NCBI GenBank assembly: GCA_044892525.1 | Contig: CM097885.1 | Span: forward strand, 7,752,001 to 7,816,000 | Direction of reading: 5' to 3' | Source of the DNA: Schmidtea polychroa | Taxonomy: Eukaryota | Length of the DNA: 64,000 nucleotides | Part shown: positions 1-27,507 of the stretch, piece after piece | Layout: every line of letters starts with the position of its first letter | Numbering within the stretch: position 1 is the first letter of the stretch | The notes under the pieces: generated by a model | What the model saw: the letters and a program-made list of their open reading frames with translations, nothing else | What the model was told of the DNA's origin: nothing | The model's database searches: none | Position numbers and translations under genes: made by a program

Positions 1-1933
1 TTTCCGTATAATTCCATTTTCTTACAAATTTTGTATTGCTTCTTCAATCTTTGATTCCAAATTTAGTGGTTGGCGATATGGTTTTATGTTTATCGGCTCA
101 CCTCTTGTAACTATCTTGTGTTTTACCAAATGAGTGCGACCCACATCCCATTTATCTGCCATAAACACGTTTCCACTGTTTGTTATAATTTCCTTTAATT
201 TGCTATCTTCATTGATCTTTAACTGTTCCAACGCTCGTATCAATCGTTCTTCATCCTTTATTTTTCTGCCAAATTTTGCTTCAATGTTACAAATATAGTT
301 CTTGTCTTTTTCACTAGCCTCGATATCTTTAATTTTTAACAGTCTAAATCCAAATGTTTCTTGTAATTCGATTCATCCAATCACATCTGGTGTCACTTTC
401 TCCGCCACAATGAATATAACTTCCTTCGAAACATTTCCAATGGTTACTTGCACCTTCGTTCTTCCTATTGTCTCGATCGTACTCCCGTTTGCGCATCGTA
501 ACTTATCGTCACTTTTCGTCAATTGTTGTCCTCGTAGCTTGTTAAAACAGTTCACACTCATTACATTGATTCTTGCACCAGTGTCTAATAAACAGTCGAA
601 AGTTTCCCCATCCATCCTTACTGTTATACTAGGCCTTCCTTGCATTTTGTTATACAAAATTTCAACAACCTGCTCCGTTTCAATGGTTCCAATTCTTTCC
701 ACTTCCTCTTCAAACATTTCTCTCTTTAGGAACCTGTATACTTTCTCGCTTACCCTTCCAACATTCTCACACTTTTCTGCCCCTTGAGGATATCCCATCA
801 AATTTTCTGTTAGAATATAGCTCCAACCAACTCCTCTACTGGTGGAGCCCTGTTGTTTGGGTACGTCTTCCTAAAATTATCTTCATTTGTCTCTACACAC
901 GATTCCTTTTCTTCTTCTTCCTCGATACCATTTATCCGACTGTATCTGTTTCCCGTGAATCTTTGTCTCTCCGTCGCTCTCCCGTAACTCATCTTTGTAT
1001 AACACTCCTCGGATCTATGACAATTTCTGCTACATCTTTCACAACGTATTTCCTGACACAATCTTCTTATATGACCTTCTTTCCCACACCCAAAACATCT
1101 TGGAGCTTTTTTATCTGGACAGTTTCTACTTATATGTCCGCTTCTATGACATGTCCAGCATTCTATTTTTCCTTTTATTGGACAATCAATTTTCGTGTGT
1201 CCTATTTTGTGGCATAACCAGCATTCTGGCATTTCTCTTCGGATACTTTCTTCTCTCTGTTCTTTCTTCTTGTATTGTACTCTTCTCTGTGATTCCTGAT
1301 AGACCACTCTGGCGTAACTTTTCATACTGTTTATCTGATCTCTTTGCTTGTCTACTTTGTCCATCAGAATTAGTGTTTCCTTTATTTCTTCTGTGCTTTT
1401 ATCTTCCGTAGTATCACTTCTTTCTCAACTTCTTTATTCTCCGCACATACTATTAACATCCTTGCTGTTAATTTCTCTTTGGTAAATTCTTTATTTTCAA
1501 ACAACCTATCAACAAGGTCCTCCACCTTTTTAAAATACGTTTTTATTTCTTCACCCTTCCGCTTGTAATTCAACAAGTTTTGTAGATCCTTTAAAACATC
1601 TCTTTCGCGATCGAATGCCAATCGCAACCTAGCCTGGAATCCTTCGGCTTTTTTCAGTGTTTTGGCATACACTTCCAGGAGATCCTCATCAATCATGCAA
1701 GATGTTAATCTTTCCTAATCTTTCTTCTGCGTGATTCCTTTGGCGTCGAAATAACTTTCGCATCTTTTAATGAACTTTTCCAAGTCGTCACCTTGGCAGA
1801 ATACCTTTGGTAGCAATCTTTCGGTGATTGCGTCAGTGTTTACCGCTGCCACCATATTAGGATGTTCATCCTGTAAAACATTAAAATCAGTTTTTGCTTC
1901 CATAAATTTTATTTCAGTAAATATCAGTATCAA
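1..1933 (-). mobile_element. Ty3/Gypsy LTR retrotransposon, decayed gag-protease-RT start, running off the window edge
   Basis: Gag fragments 1933-810 with four CCHC knuckles (e.g. CWLCHKIGHTKIDC, CWTCHRSGHISRNC); protease LLDTGA in 801-373; RT lead-in FMADKWDVG..PINIKPYRQP in 243-22; broken by stops and frameshifts; same family as pol at 42043-45255. Confidence 0.92.
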
Positions 1934-2370
1934 ATTATATCTTCTTTAAACTTTCTTATTTAAACAAATTTTCTACGAAGATATTTTTAATTAAAATATC
2001 TTCTTATTTTTTTTTAATCTAATATTTAATTAATCTAAAATTTAATTTTTAAAATTTTCAATTTAAAAATTTCTTCATCATAAAACTTCCTCATAATAAA
2101 GTTATCAACATTAATTGACAAAGAAAGTAGTGGAATATTTATACTGTATGAAAAGGATATAAAATATAGAGAAGTCTGATTTAAGATAAAAGGGACTTAC
2201 AGCTTTGAATGAATTAAGTTGTATTTAGAAGGGATATATCAGGCGAGTATACAGATGTACAAGAACTTGACATTTAGGTTACTTATCTCCTGTCGCCCGA
2301 TGTCTAGCGGTGTAATGCAGAAACATCTTACTAAGACATTTCGAACATGCTTTATTTTGTTTACCTAGAT

Positions 2371-4100
2371 CAGAGATTTTCAAAGCGTGAGTCGCAGGCT
2401 GTGGTAAGGAAAATCTTTTAAAATATATATGTTACAGTTAAAATATAAACTTAGACAATGTATACATTAACTAGATAATGCATAAATTCTCTAATAAAAT
2501 ACATAAATGTTATTCTAGTATAATATTTTGCAATACAGCATACATTTTATTATTATTATTATTTTATTATTGTCTAAAAATTTACTACTAAAAACTTTAC
2601 TAGTGACTGTATACTTTAACTGAATTTAAAACTTTAACTGTAATGTAAACTTTAACTAGTTAATGCATACATTATCTAAGTTTATACTTTAATTGTAACA
2701 TAAACATAATTTCGTTGCAAAAATTGTCCTACTTACAAATGTGAGCTCAACCTTTTGCATCAGAGTAACTGTAAAAATCTTTTTTATACCTTATTAGAAT
2801 TCAAAAGACATTAATCTTGTTTTTGCTAGAAATTTCTCAGTTTGTAGTGCACAGCTGTATGAATAATTTGCCGCATTTAAAAGCTGTAATTAATAGTGTA
2901 ATCCAATTAATAGGACCAGTCGGGCATTTTCACTAAATTTATGTTGAAACTATTTATTTTGCACTAATCCATTTTCAGGTTGTTGGGATAATTTTAATCC
3001 CATAAAATTACTGACGGAATCTTTATTTTTAAAAGAGCGTTTATTTACTTAATGTATTTTCAATTTTTACAGAATTTACATTGAGTCTACCCTTACTTAT
3101 TGAGAATAAACATTATGGTCTTCTTCAAGCCAAATTTTCAAAAGAAAATGGTTTTTTATTGAATGCACTCCTTGATGTATAGAACGTTCCATGAACCCCT
3201 CCAAAGATTTTGGAAACTCAAAAATAGGGTCCCCCAAGGGAAACAAAATGCCTATTTTTGTAAAAGGTTCGGAAATACTGCTCTAGAATATCGCATAAAA
3301 CGAGGAAATATATGCAAAATGACAGTGTCAATAGCAACCTGAATAGGTGGCCAGTCAGCCACTATAACAGGTTGGCGGTCAAATAACTGCAATAAAAAAC
3401 ACCGTGAGAATATTTCTCCAAACTGACAGTAAATTTCGTCATAAACTATTAAAACAATAAGAATAAAACCTTCAAATGAACTCTAATAATAAACTAATTT
3501 TTAATTGCATACTTCTTAAATTACTATAGAACCGTAGTTAATATGTTGTAAATAAATACATTATAGAACTTGATAATGTAACTAAAATGCTGGCATAATT
3601 AAAACAAAAATAGTTTTAAATTGTTGTGAAATTGGTGATGATATAATCTATAAGCTGTTAAAGAAATAAAAGCACCAATTAAAAATAATTTGATAAAAAT
3701 CTCTCAAGCGTGCAATTTGTTGCGTAAGGAATTTTTATTCAATTCTTTTGAGTCTCATATTGTCATTACATTTTTGCACGCTTGAAATTTATTTGTTAAT
3801 TGTGAAAAAAATTTCAGGATTGAAAAAAATGATTTTTTATTCAATTTAAAAATTAACATCTTCTAAAGTCATATGCCCGACCGGCCCCTTTGAAGTAGCT
3901 GTCAAACGTGGATAGTAAGTATTGGCAGTATGCAAAATTAACGGTCGATAAAATAGCTGTATGAACGTTGTTATATTTAGCCGTGAATGAGCATATTATA
4001 TTAAAAATATATGTGGAAATAAAGGTGCCCAACCTCTGAGGCGTGATACCCCACCGTGGGAAACATTGCTCTAGACTAGGGGTGAGCAACTTTTTTAATC
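2371..4100. mobile_element. Cluster of hAT (Charlie-type) non-autonomous element ends
   Basis: CAG-type termini next to CTAGA target sites: CAGAGATTTTCAAAG at 2371, GGAAATACTG|CTCTAGA at 3280, GGGAAACATTG|CTCTAGA at 4068 followed by TAGGGGTGAGCAAC; ends could not be paired confidently. Confidence 0.5.
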
Positions 4101-4752
4101 AACGGGCTAATTTAAATTTTAAAATTTTTACATAAAGTAACACTTATTAATAATTTATAAAACTTTATTTATAATAAACATTAGAATAAAAAAATATAAA
4201 AAAAAGTAAAGATTTCATATACAAATTTTAATGAAAAATAAAAACAAACAGAAAAGAACAATAAAACGAATTTACTTCCAGGTGCCTCCAGGTGGTATTG
4301 TGAACGAGAGGATAAGTATTGTTATTATTCTATATAAATTTCTATATAAATTGAAGTTATTGAATGTAATATTATTTGACCTCCAGGACCTTTCAGAGGT
4401 TTCAGCAAATTAAGAAAATAATGGTGTAAACCGCTATAAAATACGCAATCAAATTAAAACCTTCACTAAACTGATTGATAGTTGCATGCTGTGAATGAAA
4501 ATTGGATCAACTGTATTTATTATATAACAATTTGTATGATTGAAGAGATCTCAATTGGTGTCGTACTTAGTGACTGCTCAAGACATTTTGACATATTGAA
4601 GAGATGTTGAAAAAGCATTACTGACAAGTCAATTAATTCTTAGGGGTTAAACAATTAGTTTTGCTAAACAGTTTGAATCAGATGTCAATGTTTTATTTTC
4701 AATTAATCTCTGTTAATTGTTTTAATTTATTAAAATATTTCAATTATTCTAG

Positions 4753-18092
<13,340 letters not shown>

Positions 18093-18605
18093 TGACTTTT
18101 ATCTTTTTTATTTTATTGTAAATTTACTTTTATATAACTCTAATACCGGATCATATCAATTTTTGGATTTTTCGTCCGATTATTTAAAAAATAATTTTAT
18201 GTGGGATAACGAAAAAACAAGTAAAATCTACTATTGCGGTTTATTTGAAGTTGTTAGGGGCCCCCATTGTGCTTCAGTTCTGAAAGGTGATAAAATCAGT
18301 TCAAAGCCTTTTTAATTTGCATATGAATTTCAATATTTATTCACGAGTTATATTTTATTTTTATATTTATTTATGTGTTCTTTTCCTCTGTGCGTGCACA
18401 ATTTGCTTCTTTATTAATTGGGAATTTCTGTATCTTTAATGACAATCACTTTATTTATTTTCATTACTTGTATAAATCAAGAATCTAGAAGAACAAAAAA
18501 AAATTTGTAATTATTTACAACATCGGATAACCCAAATTTTTCAACAGCCACAAAACCGGTCATCGTCGATGATCACTTCCATTATTCACCAAATTTCAAT
18601 TTATA

Positions 18606-18667
<62 letters not shown>

Positions 18668-19069
18668 TAATAATAATAATTATAATAATAAATATGAAAT
18701 TTACTTTTTTCAAAAAAAAATTCAAAATATTTCAAACAATAAAACACAGCTCGTAAATAGATGAAAATATTTCGCATTTGAATGAACTGGACCTAATTTA
18801 GGCAGAAGATTTTCATTTAATAAAAACACTTGGAAAGATTTATTAATTAATTTAAATTATATTTTTATAAATAATTCCGCTATCGATCATTATCATTAGG
18901 TTTCTATTTAATCCTTATTAATTTATTTTGAATTTAATATAAATATATTTTATTTCAAAAACGTATTACATATATCACCATATTACATAAGAAATTATTT
19001 ATTAAATTATTTAATAAATAATAATTTTAATAATAATAATATATCATTAAAACAAATTGTTTAATTGTC

Positions 19070-19463
19070 ACTGAAATTTGAACCAAAGTTCATATTTCTG
19101 ATGAAACTGAATGGCCATATAAATTTTTACGAATGTCCACATTACTTTTCATGATGCTGTTTTAGGTCACCCCACGACCACAATATATCGTATGACCATA
19201 TATTAAATCGCATATCTGTGTAGCTAATTGATCAGCATTAAATTTGCACTTGCAAAGTTAGCAAATAAGGTTGGACATTTAATCTCGCCTGATCTGAGAA
19301 AATTTTAGCATCTAACGTAAATCCAACCACTGTACATAAAATATCCTTCGTAACCATTCCGAAATAAGTACCATCATGACTCTCAGCTTCCATAGAATAT
19401 TCAATTGGATATAAACTATCTCCGGAGAAAAATAGTTTTGGGATTATCATGTCTTCGAGCCAT
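19070..19463 (-). pseudogene. PSMA4: Decayed, apparently intronless proteasome alpha-4 subunit copy
   Basis: MARRHDNPKTIF / SGDSLYPIEYSMEAESHDGTYFGM resembles [37 protein letters not shown]; later DQLATQICDL resembles EQLVTALCDI; frameshifts and deletions. Confidence 0.65.
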
Positions 19464-22187
19464 CATAGTAATTTTAAAAGTAAACAGAAAATCTTCAAAA
19501 AACTTTATTTTTCAAACTTTGCCAATAAAGACTTTTTTAAAACAAAATTTTGAAACTTCCAGAAAAACTCCAATTAAAAATCCAAAATACATTGCCTTGT
19601 GGCTGTGTGCGCACACTCACAGGCAAATACAATCAATAATCAGCGTGCACACAGACTCAATACATAATTAACCACAAAGTTATTGCAACTGCCAGGTATT
19701 GGCGAATTGAAATATATTTAAAGGTATATTAAAATTTAAATTATTAACAAAAGTTATTTGTATTTATTTTTCAATACTAAAATATATAACCATAATATTA
19801 TATTAAACTTTACAAACCGTTGTGGTGATAGTGCCAGCATCCCTAAAAGAGCACTCTAGAAGATTTACAACACCATATAACAGCATGCCTGTTATATTTT
19901 GACTAACATACTAGTTATGTTATGTTATTTTTCATTAATAAATTTTTGTACTTTCCCTTTTCTAAGCAACTAGCAAGGTTCTACATCTAATCATTTGTGC
20001 ATGGAGGATTAAGCAACAATACAAAACTTAAACATAAGTACAATTTTTTTAACTTTTATTCTGACCAATTTGTTTTATTATTGAACAAAAAATATCTAAT
20101 TTATACGAGACCTGGAATTTTAGAAATAAAATAAAATTTTCACAACTTATATTCCAAATTATTTAACCATGTTTATAAAATAAAACAAAAAGAATGTTTT
20201 AAAACGTAAAGTACCGCGTTATTCTAGGGTTGCATGTAATACAAGCAATGTAAGTTCTTTTGTAATGTAAGGCATGTTAGAAGTGAAAATACAGAAATAG
20301 CGTTTATACAGTTTGATAATATAATTTGTATAATTTATATTTCCAATATTTAAAATCGTAACTTATTAAAAGTCGAAAAAATTTACGATCAAAACTAAAA
20401 CATTAATTAAATTTAATTAATATTTATTTTAATAATTAAAAATAAATTTTCCAATGAATGTCTTTTTTACTGACGATTTTTATTATTAATTTTGTTAACG
20501 AAAAAAAATTTAATAAATTTCCTAAATTAAAATGAAAATTAATAAACTCAATTCCTAAAAAAATTGATTTCGAAAGAAATAATAAAATAATTTTATCAGA
20601 TTAAATTTAATAGCAGTAGACAGCAGCTTTTGCAAAAAAATACAATTTTAAGGTTTATGATGCCAATAAAAATATTTATTTATTAATCCCTTCAATACTG
20701 TAGGGATATATTGTCCCAGATTATTTCTAATAATTACAAAAATAATTTAAATGCTTACAAATGCATTGGGATCTGGGATTTTAGTACTGTATGGCCATAG
20801 GCTCGTAAACAAGTCCAAACCTGTCTAATTTGTTACTGTTTGCTTTCTGCTTCTTTTCTTTTCTATAAAATTTTGTCAGTCTAAATGTAAGTCTAGTAAT
20901 AAGAACATATAAAAATACAGTTAGTAATAAGCTTTCGAAAAATTTAACAATCATAAACAAAATAATTAATGAATTTTATTAAAAAAGAAATTCTATTTTT
21001 AAAAATTCAAAAATCTTATAAATTTAAATTAAAAAAAACATTTTTTATTAAATTTAACAGATTTTTACATTTATACATAACACAATTTTACATTCAAATC
21101 ATTTTACACATAAGTTTCCATGTGCCTCTTCAAATATGGCAATACAAACACATTATTCTTTGCATACATACTACTCTTTAATATTTTATTGTGCTCACTA
21201 ATATTAATCCCTTCCCCCAGTTGTGAGTGACAGCGGAGATGATGGGTAGTTATTCCTATTTATGCGGCATTTCATCCATAATATTTTAATTCATAAACAA
21301 AATCAAAATACGGTCTAAGACGAATTTAAAATCCAATAATAAACACAAAGTGTAAACACCACAGCTTTGAGATAATCTTAAAAAGTAAAATACTTTCACC
21401 ATAGGATGACAATGAACCTGTCGAAATATATAATACAAGTTATGTTCGAGTGGTGTTTTCTAATTGTGTATTTTTGTAGCCTTTGTACACTTGTCTGTCG
21501 GATGTCTTATAAAACTATTTTGACCGGTCGAAGGTTAAAGAAAATTTCTGCAAGACTTAGCCATTTATACAGACCAAATATTAATCGCAGAACTCAAAAG
21601 AATAAAGCAAATTAACCATTGAAAGATATCTGATATGAAACATAAATTCATAAAAAGAAATATAAATTGAATTTTTCTATTCTCCTTTTAATGCATATTT
21701 TTAAAACGAATCTAAAACGAATTATGTTTATTATTTTCATAAAGAAAAACTGTTTGAAAAATTCTAATTGAAAAATGTCAATTGTTTGGTTAAAATGGGA
21801 TCTGATCATTGAGTTGACATCTTGATTAATTCAGTGTAATTCTCACTTGCGTTTCCTGTCGTTAAAATGTTTTGTTTGTATTCGGATTGAATTAATTGAG
21901 AAAAGCGGCTAAAATCTTTTTTATTGAAATAAAATGACGAGAATAACAAATGGAAATAGTAAAAATTCTTCAACACACTTGATGATTACATCACCTGTAT
22001 ATGTCTGACATCACAACTTTCTATTGACGCCGCATTGGACATGCATATATGATATATGCTGTTCTAGGCTAAGCCACATCACGCATAAATATCAGAAAAT
22101 CTATGTATATTTATACTATCCTTTTAAAATATAGTCCTTGGTGATTATATTAGAAAATTTATTAAAAACAATTTAATAAATTATTTA

Positions 22188-22430
22188 TTAATTATAAGAT
22201 AACGCCAATCAAACATTCTTTTCACGATATATTTCGACAGTTTTCCTGTCATCATCAGGTGAGATATAATAACTAATTAAATTACGGATTTTAAACAAAT
22301 TTATATATAATTAATAAATTTGTTTAAAATCCGTAATTTAATGAGTTATTATATCTCACCTGATGATGACAGGAAAACTGTCAAAATATATCGTGAAAAG
22401 AATGTTTGATTGGCGTTATCTTATAATTAA
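22188..22430. repeat. Near-perfect ~243-bp palindrome (Penelope-type inverted pseudo-LTR)
   Basis: About 115-bp arms with very few mismatches and a short AT loop; each arm contains a hammerhead-like motif. Confidence 0.92.
22222..22262 (-). ncRNA. Minimal type I hammerhead ribozyme
   Basis: UCAC-CUGAUGA-U-GACAG-gaaaa-CUGUC-GAAA-UAUA-UC-GUGA: stem I UCAC/GUGA, core boxes, stem II, palindromic stem III loop, UC cleavage site; mirror copy 22356-22396 (+) has GAAA changed to AAAA. Confidence 0.78.
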
Positions 22431-22827
22431 ATCATTGCCATGTATGTTTAACTATTTATTTATTAATTAATTAATCATTTATTAAGTTATATATGTGAAT
22501 AATATATTAATTATTTCTAAGTAAATATGATTATAATATAAATACGTAATTTAAAATAATAGAATGTTTGTAGATTGAATTGTCTGATGTTTTCTTAATG
22601 ATAGAATGTTATTTAATTATTATTTAACATTGTTTTTCTTATTTAAACAAACGGAAAGATTTATAAAATAAATTCATTGTTTAATATTTTTAAAGTTTTA
22701 GACGTTACGACATATCTTATTTCATAAAATAATGCCGAAAAAATTTTAAATGATAAAGAATTTATTAATAAAAAAAATGTAAAACATAATTAAAAGAATA
22801 AAAATAATGTTTTATTATAAATAAATA

Positions 22828-22863
<36 letters not shown>

Positions 22864-22866
<3 letters not shown>

Positions 22867-23333
22867 TATAAGAACTTTTTTCAATTTTCACCACTGATTT
22901 CTTTTCCATTGACATTGTATTTATTAAAAGCTTGACTGTGAATCAGTAAATATATCGATGTTTTTGATATTCACGAATTTTCGGCACTGCCTTTTTAAAA
23001 TTTTTTAGATTTTAATGTGATGGATGTGTAGGTTTATTAGGAGAGAGTTTCACCCAGCTCTTTTTCAACTTAATAATTACAACTTAAAATTATGTGAAAT
23101 ATATAAAATTAATATCAAAAATATTTAAATTAAAATCGAAATAAATATATAAAGTTTATAATATAAACAATAAAGATATAAAGATATAAATCACTTGAAA
23201 AAGGCTTAGCCGAAAATTCGTGAATATCACAAAAACATCGATATATTTACTGATTCATTGTCAAGCTTTTTAATAAATACAATGGGAATGGAAAAGAAAT
23301 CAGTGGTGAAAATTGAAAAAAGTTCTTATAATA
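22864..23333. repeat. Inverted repeat with ~120-bp arms (22864-22985 and ~23210-23333), Penelope-type
   Basis: Arms are reverse complements by inspection; spacer about 220 bp. Confidence 0.88.
23191..23223 (+). ncRNA. Variant minimal hammerhead ribozyme (U3-A8 core)
   Basis: UCAC-UUGAAAA-A-GGC-uua-GCC-GAAA-AU-UC-GUGA. Confidence 0.6.
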
Positions 23334-25389
23334 ATAAAAAAATATTTTAATAAGATAATTGAATAAAATTTTACAAAAATAATATTAAAATAATATTTAA
23401 TTAAGAAATTAAAATGAGAAAAATCGAGAAAAACATTTTAGGGCCCCCATTCGCACTAATTGATGCCTCCGAATTAGTAAGTCACTAACATAAGAAAAAG
23501 TTTTCATTTTGACAGACAGAAAAGAAAAATATCAAAGTAAGCAAATAATGTGGGATATAAAGGCGAAGTATTTCTAATAAAGTTGGATATACGTAAAAAA
23601 AATCACTAAAAAAACTACTAATTTTGGTAGAAGAAATAGCTTTGTATCATTGAAGAAGTTAAAAAAAATGTCATTCCTCAATCAGAATCATAAAGGGGAT
23701 AATTTTCCCATTGAAACTTATCCTTATTGTAATTAATTAAAGGAAAAATTAATAACAATTGTGTAAACACAAAATTTTGTCAGATTATTTTCCAACTGTA
23801 TATGCATTGATAATTTATGAAACATTTAACATTTATGAAAGAAATATTTGCAAGCAGCATCACAGAACTTGGCACCCGATATGTTTTTATTCTGATTTTT
23901 ATAATAAAGGTTATTTTGACATGAAAAATAAAAAGGAAATTCATTTGTTTTGAGTTTAGATTGAGCCGAAGAGATTGAAATAAAACTTTAAAAAATATTC
24001 CTGTCTCCTATAGTTGTTGTCATAATTACTTTTAGCATTTCTAGTTTATTCAGCTCTAGATTGAATAAATTTTGAATAAGCTCTGCAAATATTCGAATTT
24101 TATTCATCTTCTTTTTTTGAAAAATAATTTCATTTTCTTTGCTCTTTAGCACCAATAAATGTTGTATAAAATAACATATAAATGTAAATATTTATTATAA
24201 AAATAAAATATGTGTTATTGATAATATATTATTAAAAATATACTATCATTATATCCAATAATAATAATAATAAAAATATTAATAATAATAAAAATAATAG
24301 TAATAATAATAATAACAATAATAATAATAACAATAATAATAATAGTAATTATGACAGTCACTAAATAATGGTATCGATTTAAATATATGTAAAAACGCCA
24401 AATCCAATATATATATATAACTACAATATATTCACTGTCATCGTCAAATAGAATTGAAATTCAAACTAAATCAATCTAATTTCTCTTTTTTAAACAAACT
24501 AATTTCTGAATTTTTTATAAAATATATTTGGCTAAAAAATCATAAAATTCTGTATTTACAATTCAAACTTTTAAAGATTTTAAAAGTTTCAAAATTTTAA
24601 AACTTTCTCAACTTATAAAATTTAATATCAAACAACATTTCAATAAATGTTTCAATCCTGCTTGCTAATAGGAGTTAGTAAAATGTATGTATTCTAGTGA
24701 TCAATTATTACACAAATATATTTTTCTTCTCTTAATGTTTCTCTTAACAGGTTTTGAGCCAAGGGAAAATACATTTTGGAACTCGAAAATTTATTGATTG
24801 AAGTACAATATACTAATATATAGTATTAAGATGGCACACGTAACCGTCATGGTCCTAGAGACTGATATAGGCACGTGGGGGCATTGCGGTCATTTACATG
24901 CATTACACAGCGGAAAATGTATTGAAATAGCGGCCACCACAAAACAACCAGCACACAGAATCATGAATACGCGGGCGGCCTAACCTGTTAATGGACCGTG
25001 TTAAGTTAAGAATTACACTTAGTTTGTGTATAATTTGTATAATTTGTATAAGAAATCTGAAGGATCCGATAGAGTCACTGTTAAAAATGTGGCGGGACAA
25101 TCGGGGTGCGTGTTGTGTATGTTTACAAGTTAATAAAAAATAAAAATAAAAATAATAATAAACAATAATAACTCTTTTATTAAAATCTAAATAAAAAACC
25201 TTAGTATTCTTCTTTAAAACAATTTAATCCAACTTTTCGATTTAGCAGTTCATTCAGCTCGATTCTAGTTCTTCTTGTTCATATAGTCTTGATTCGTAAT
25301 GTTAATTTTGTTATTTTAAAAATTTCCAATGTTTTATTGATTTTTTTCTTACTATAGCGATACTATAGTAAACTATCGCTATATAGTTT

Positions 25390-26165
25390 TTTTTAATACT
25401 TTTTATTTCCGCCAATTAAAAAATGTAAAATGCTACTACAGACCGCAAATATCCATATATATATATTTTCTTCATCGCTTCCTGAGCTTGAATTAATTCT
25501 AAATAAATCTTCTATATCAAAATTGTTCCGAATATATTTCATTACTTTTTTTCTACTCCTGCATGGCATAATAATAAATGTGCTTATTTCATTATTTCTC
25601 GTCTTTTTGTTTCTGATATCCATATTTTGTTTTGATTCGTGTATATAAATTTCTTTTTAACATATATTTATTATTTCTCTTTTTATTTAATTGATATTTT
25701 ATTTCTTGTATCTCTACGTTTTTAGCTTCTATTTCTAGACAGCATATCTGCATTTATATGTACTATACCTTTTCTGAATGCTGCCCAAATAATTTATCAA
25801 TGTTTAAAGGTGTGATGTTATAGGCTTCTTTCTCGTTAACATGAAAGTTATTGCTTTATGATCAGTGTGTAAAGCCAACGGCTTACCATCTAGATAAGGG
25901 TTGAAGTGACGAGAGAAATAATATATAGTCAAGAATTCTTTTCTCGTGATATAATATCCTCTTTTGTGGGTATTCATTGTATTTGTTCCACATACAATAA
26001 CGTGTTCATTTTCATGTCCATCCATTTGTGATAATACAATTCCAATTGTATCAAAGCTCGTATCTATAGCTAATATGAATTATTTCTTGAAATCTGGAAA
26101 TACGGGAATTGGTACTGTGGTCAACACTATTTTCATTTCTTCGAAAGCTTTCTCAAATTCCTAAG
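25390..26165 (-). mobile_element. Decayed Ty3/Gypsy pol fragment (RNase H and start of integrase)
   Basis: VFPDFKK*FILAIDTSFDTIGIVLSQ..ITRKEFLTIYYF..HTDHKAITFML, collinear with the pol at 42043-45255. Confidence 0.85.
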
Positions 26166-26229
26166 TCCAGATTATTTTCTTAATATTGCTTCCACATATT
26201 CATTATTAATGAGTGTATATATGTTGAGG

Positions 26230-26968
26230 GTAAAAGTTGTTTTTAACACTGCCCTCTGTTTAGTATATCCACTGGTTTTGCACTCGAAATATTCTTTCGG
26301 TTTGTTCTGCAGATCTCTTGTAGTCAATTTCCATTTGAGAGGACTTACAAATAAGTCACCCACACTAATAGAATTTCGTCATTTTCTGATGGTAGGAAAC
26401 CGTATTTTATATATTCCACATCATATTTTCGAGTATATTTGGTTTCCTTACAAACATCAATTGAAATGTTATCTTGATCACCACCGTTTTCGTTGCCATT
26501 ACTATCCGTTTTGCGGCGCAAAATCAAAGGATTAAACTTCAGAAAACGATCCATTTTACGGTTTAAATTTTTTCATTAATTCTAATGACTCTAACTTTAC
26601 TCAAAACAATAAAAAATATTTCCAAAAAGGTGCACAAACAGCGGCTGAAATGTAAACTATTATCCTTTTATAGTTTATATATTGCTATGAAATACACATA
26701 AATAAACAATGCTTAAAATGCAACATGCCTTTGCTGGCGTCATCCCGGTCAGCACTCACCCAGCTGGTACACTGACTCTGTGCTGCTAGAATAGATAGTG
26801 TTAATAAACTAGCAATCTACAATTCTGCAGCATGCATCCGTATAGTCCGCTGCTTTCAATTCGTGGTAAACGTCGATTTATTTTTTATTTTTTTTCTACT
26901 CTTTCTACTTTTTCTAGACTTCATCGCGGCCCACCTTTGAGCCACGGTCCATGGATTGAAAATCACTG
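26230..26968 (-). mobile_element. hAT Charlie/Buster transposon 5' fragment
   Basis: Terminus CAGTGATTTTCAATCC at 26968; MDRFL..RKYDVEYIKYGF..LQNKPKEYFECK is the typical decayed BED-finger N-terminus of this transposase family. Confidence 0.75.
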
Positions 26969-27277
26969 CCTTAATAAATCTCCTATAATAGTTTCGTATA
27001 CCTAAAGGATTCTCAAATTCTTTATATAACTAGGCTTCTGAAAAGATTTGATAACCTCAATGTTACTTTGATCTGCCCCAATCCTTGGAATGTACCAATG
27101 ACAAGTGAGGAGAATAAAGCAAGCTAAATATCCGAGGAATATACAGTTTTAGGTACAATTTGTATGGGTACCCAAGGGTTCAGGAGTTACATAATTTTTA
27201 TGAAATTACACAATTTATATATGTTATGGCATAATATAAGAAATCTTAGATAATGATCGACCTTTGACCTCTGATCT

Positions 27278-27328
<51 letters not shown>

Positions 27329-27388
27329 CATAATAATAATAATAATAATAATAATAATTATAATAATAATAATAATAATAATAATAAT

Positions 27389-27481
<93 letters not shown>

Positions 27482-27507
27482 TATTATAATAATTATAATA
27501 ATAATAA
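27278..27507. repeat. (AAT)n microsatellite
   Basis: Directly visible. Confidence 0.97.

Noticed and set aside
302..1411. Plus-strand ORFs over Gypsy coding regions (also antisense ORFs at 37.7-44.7 kb and 11010-11351)
   Set aside because: Shadow ORFs of real coding sequence
2286..2305. TGTCGCCCGA as a tRNA-Lys primer binding site for the first Gypsy
   Set aside because: Wrong strand relative to gag-pol and imperfect match
24800..25110. GC-richer island, possible solo LTR or RNA gene
   Set aside because: No TG..CA with TSD and no tRNA or snRNA structure could be established
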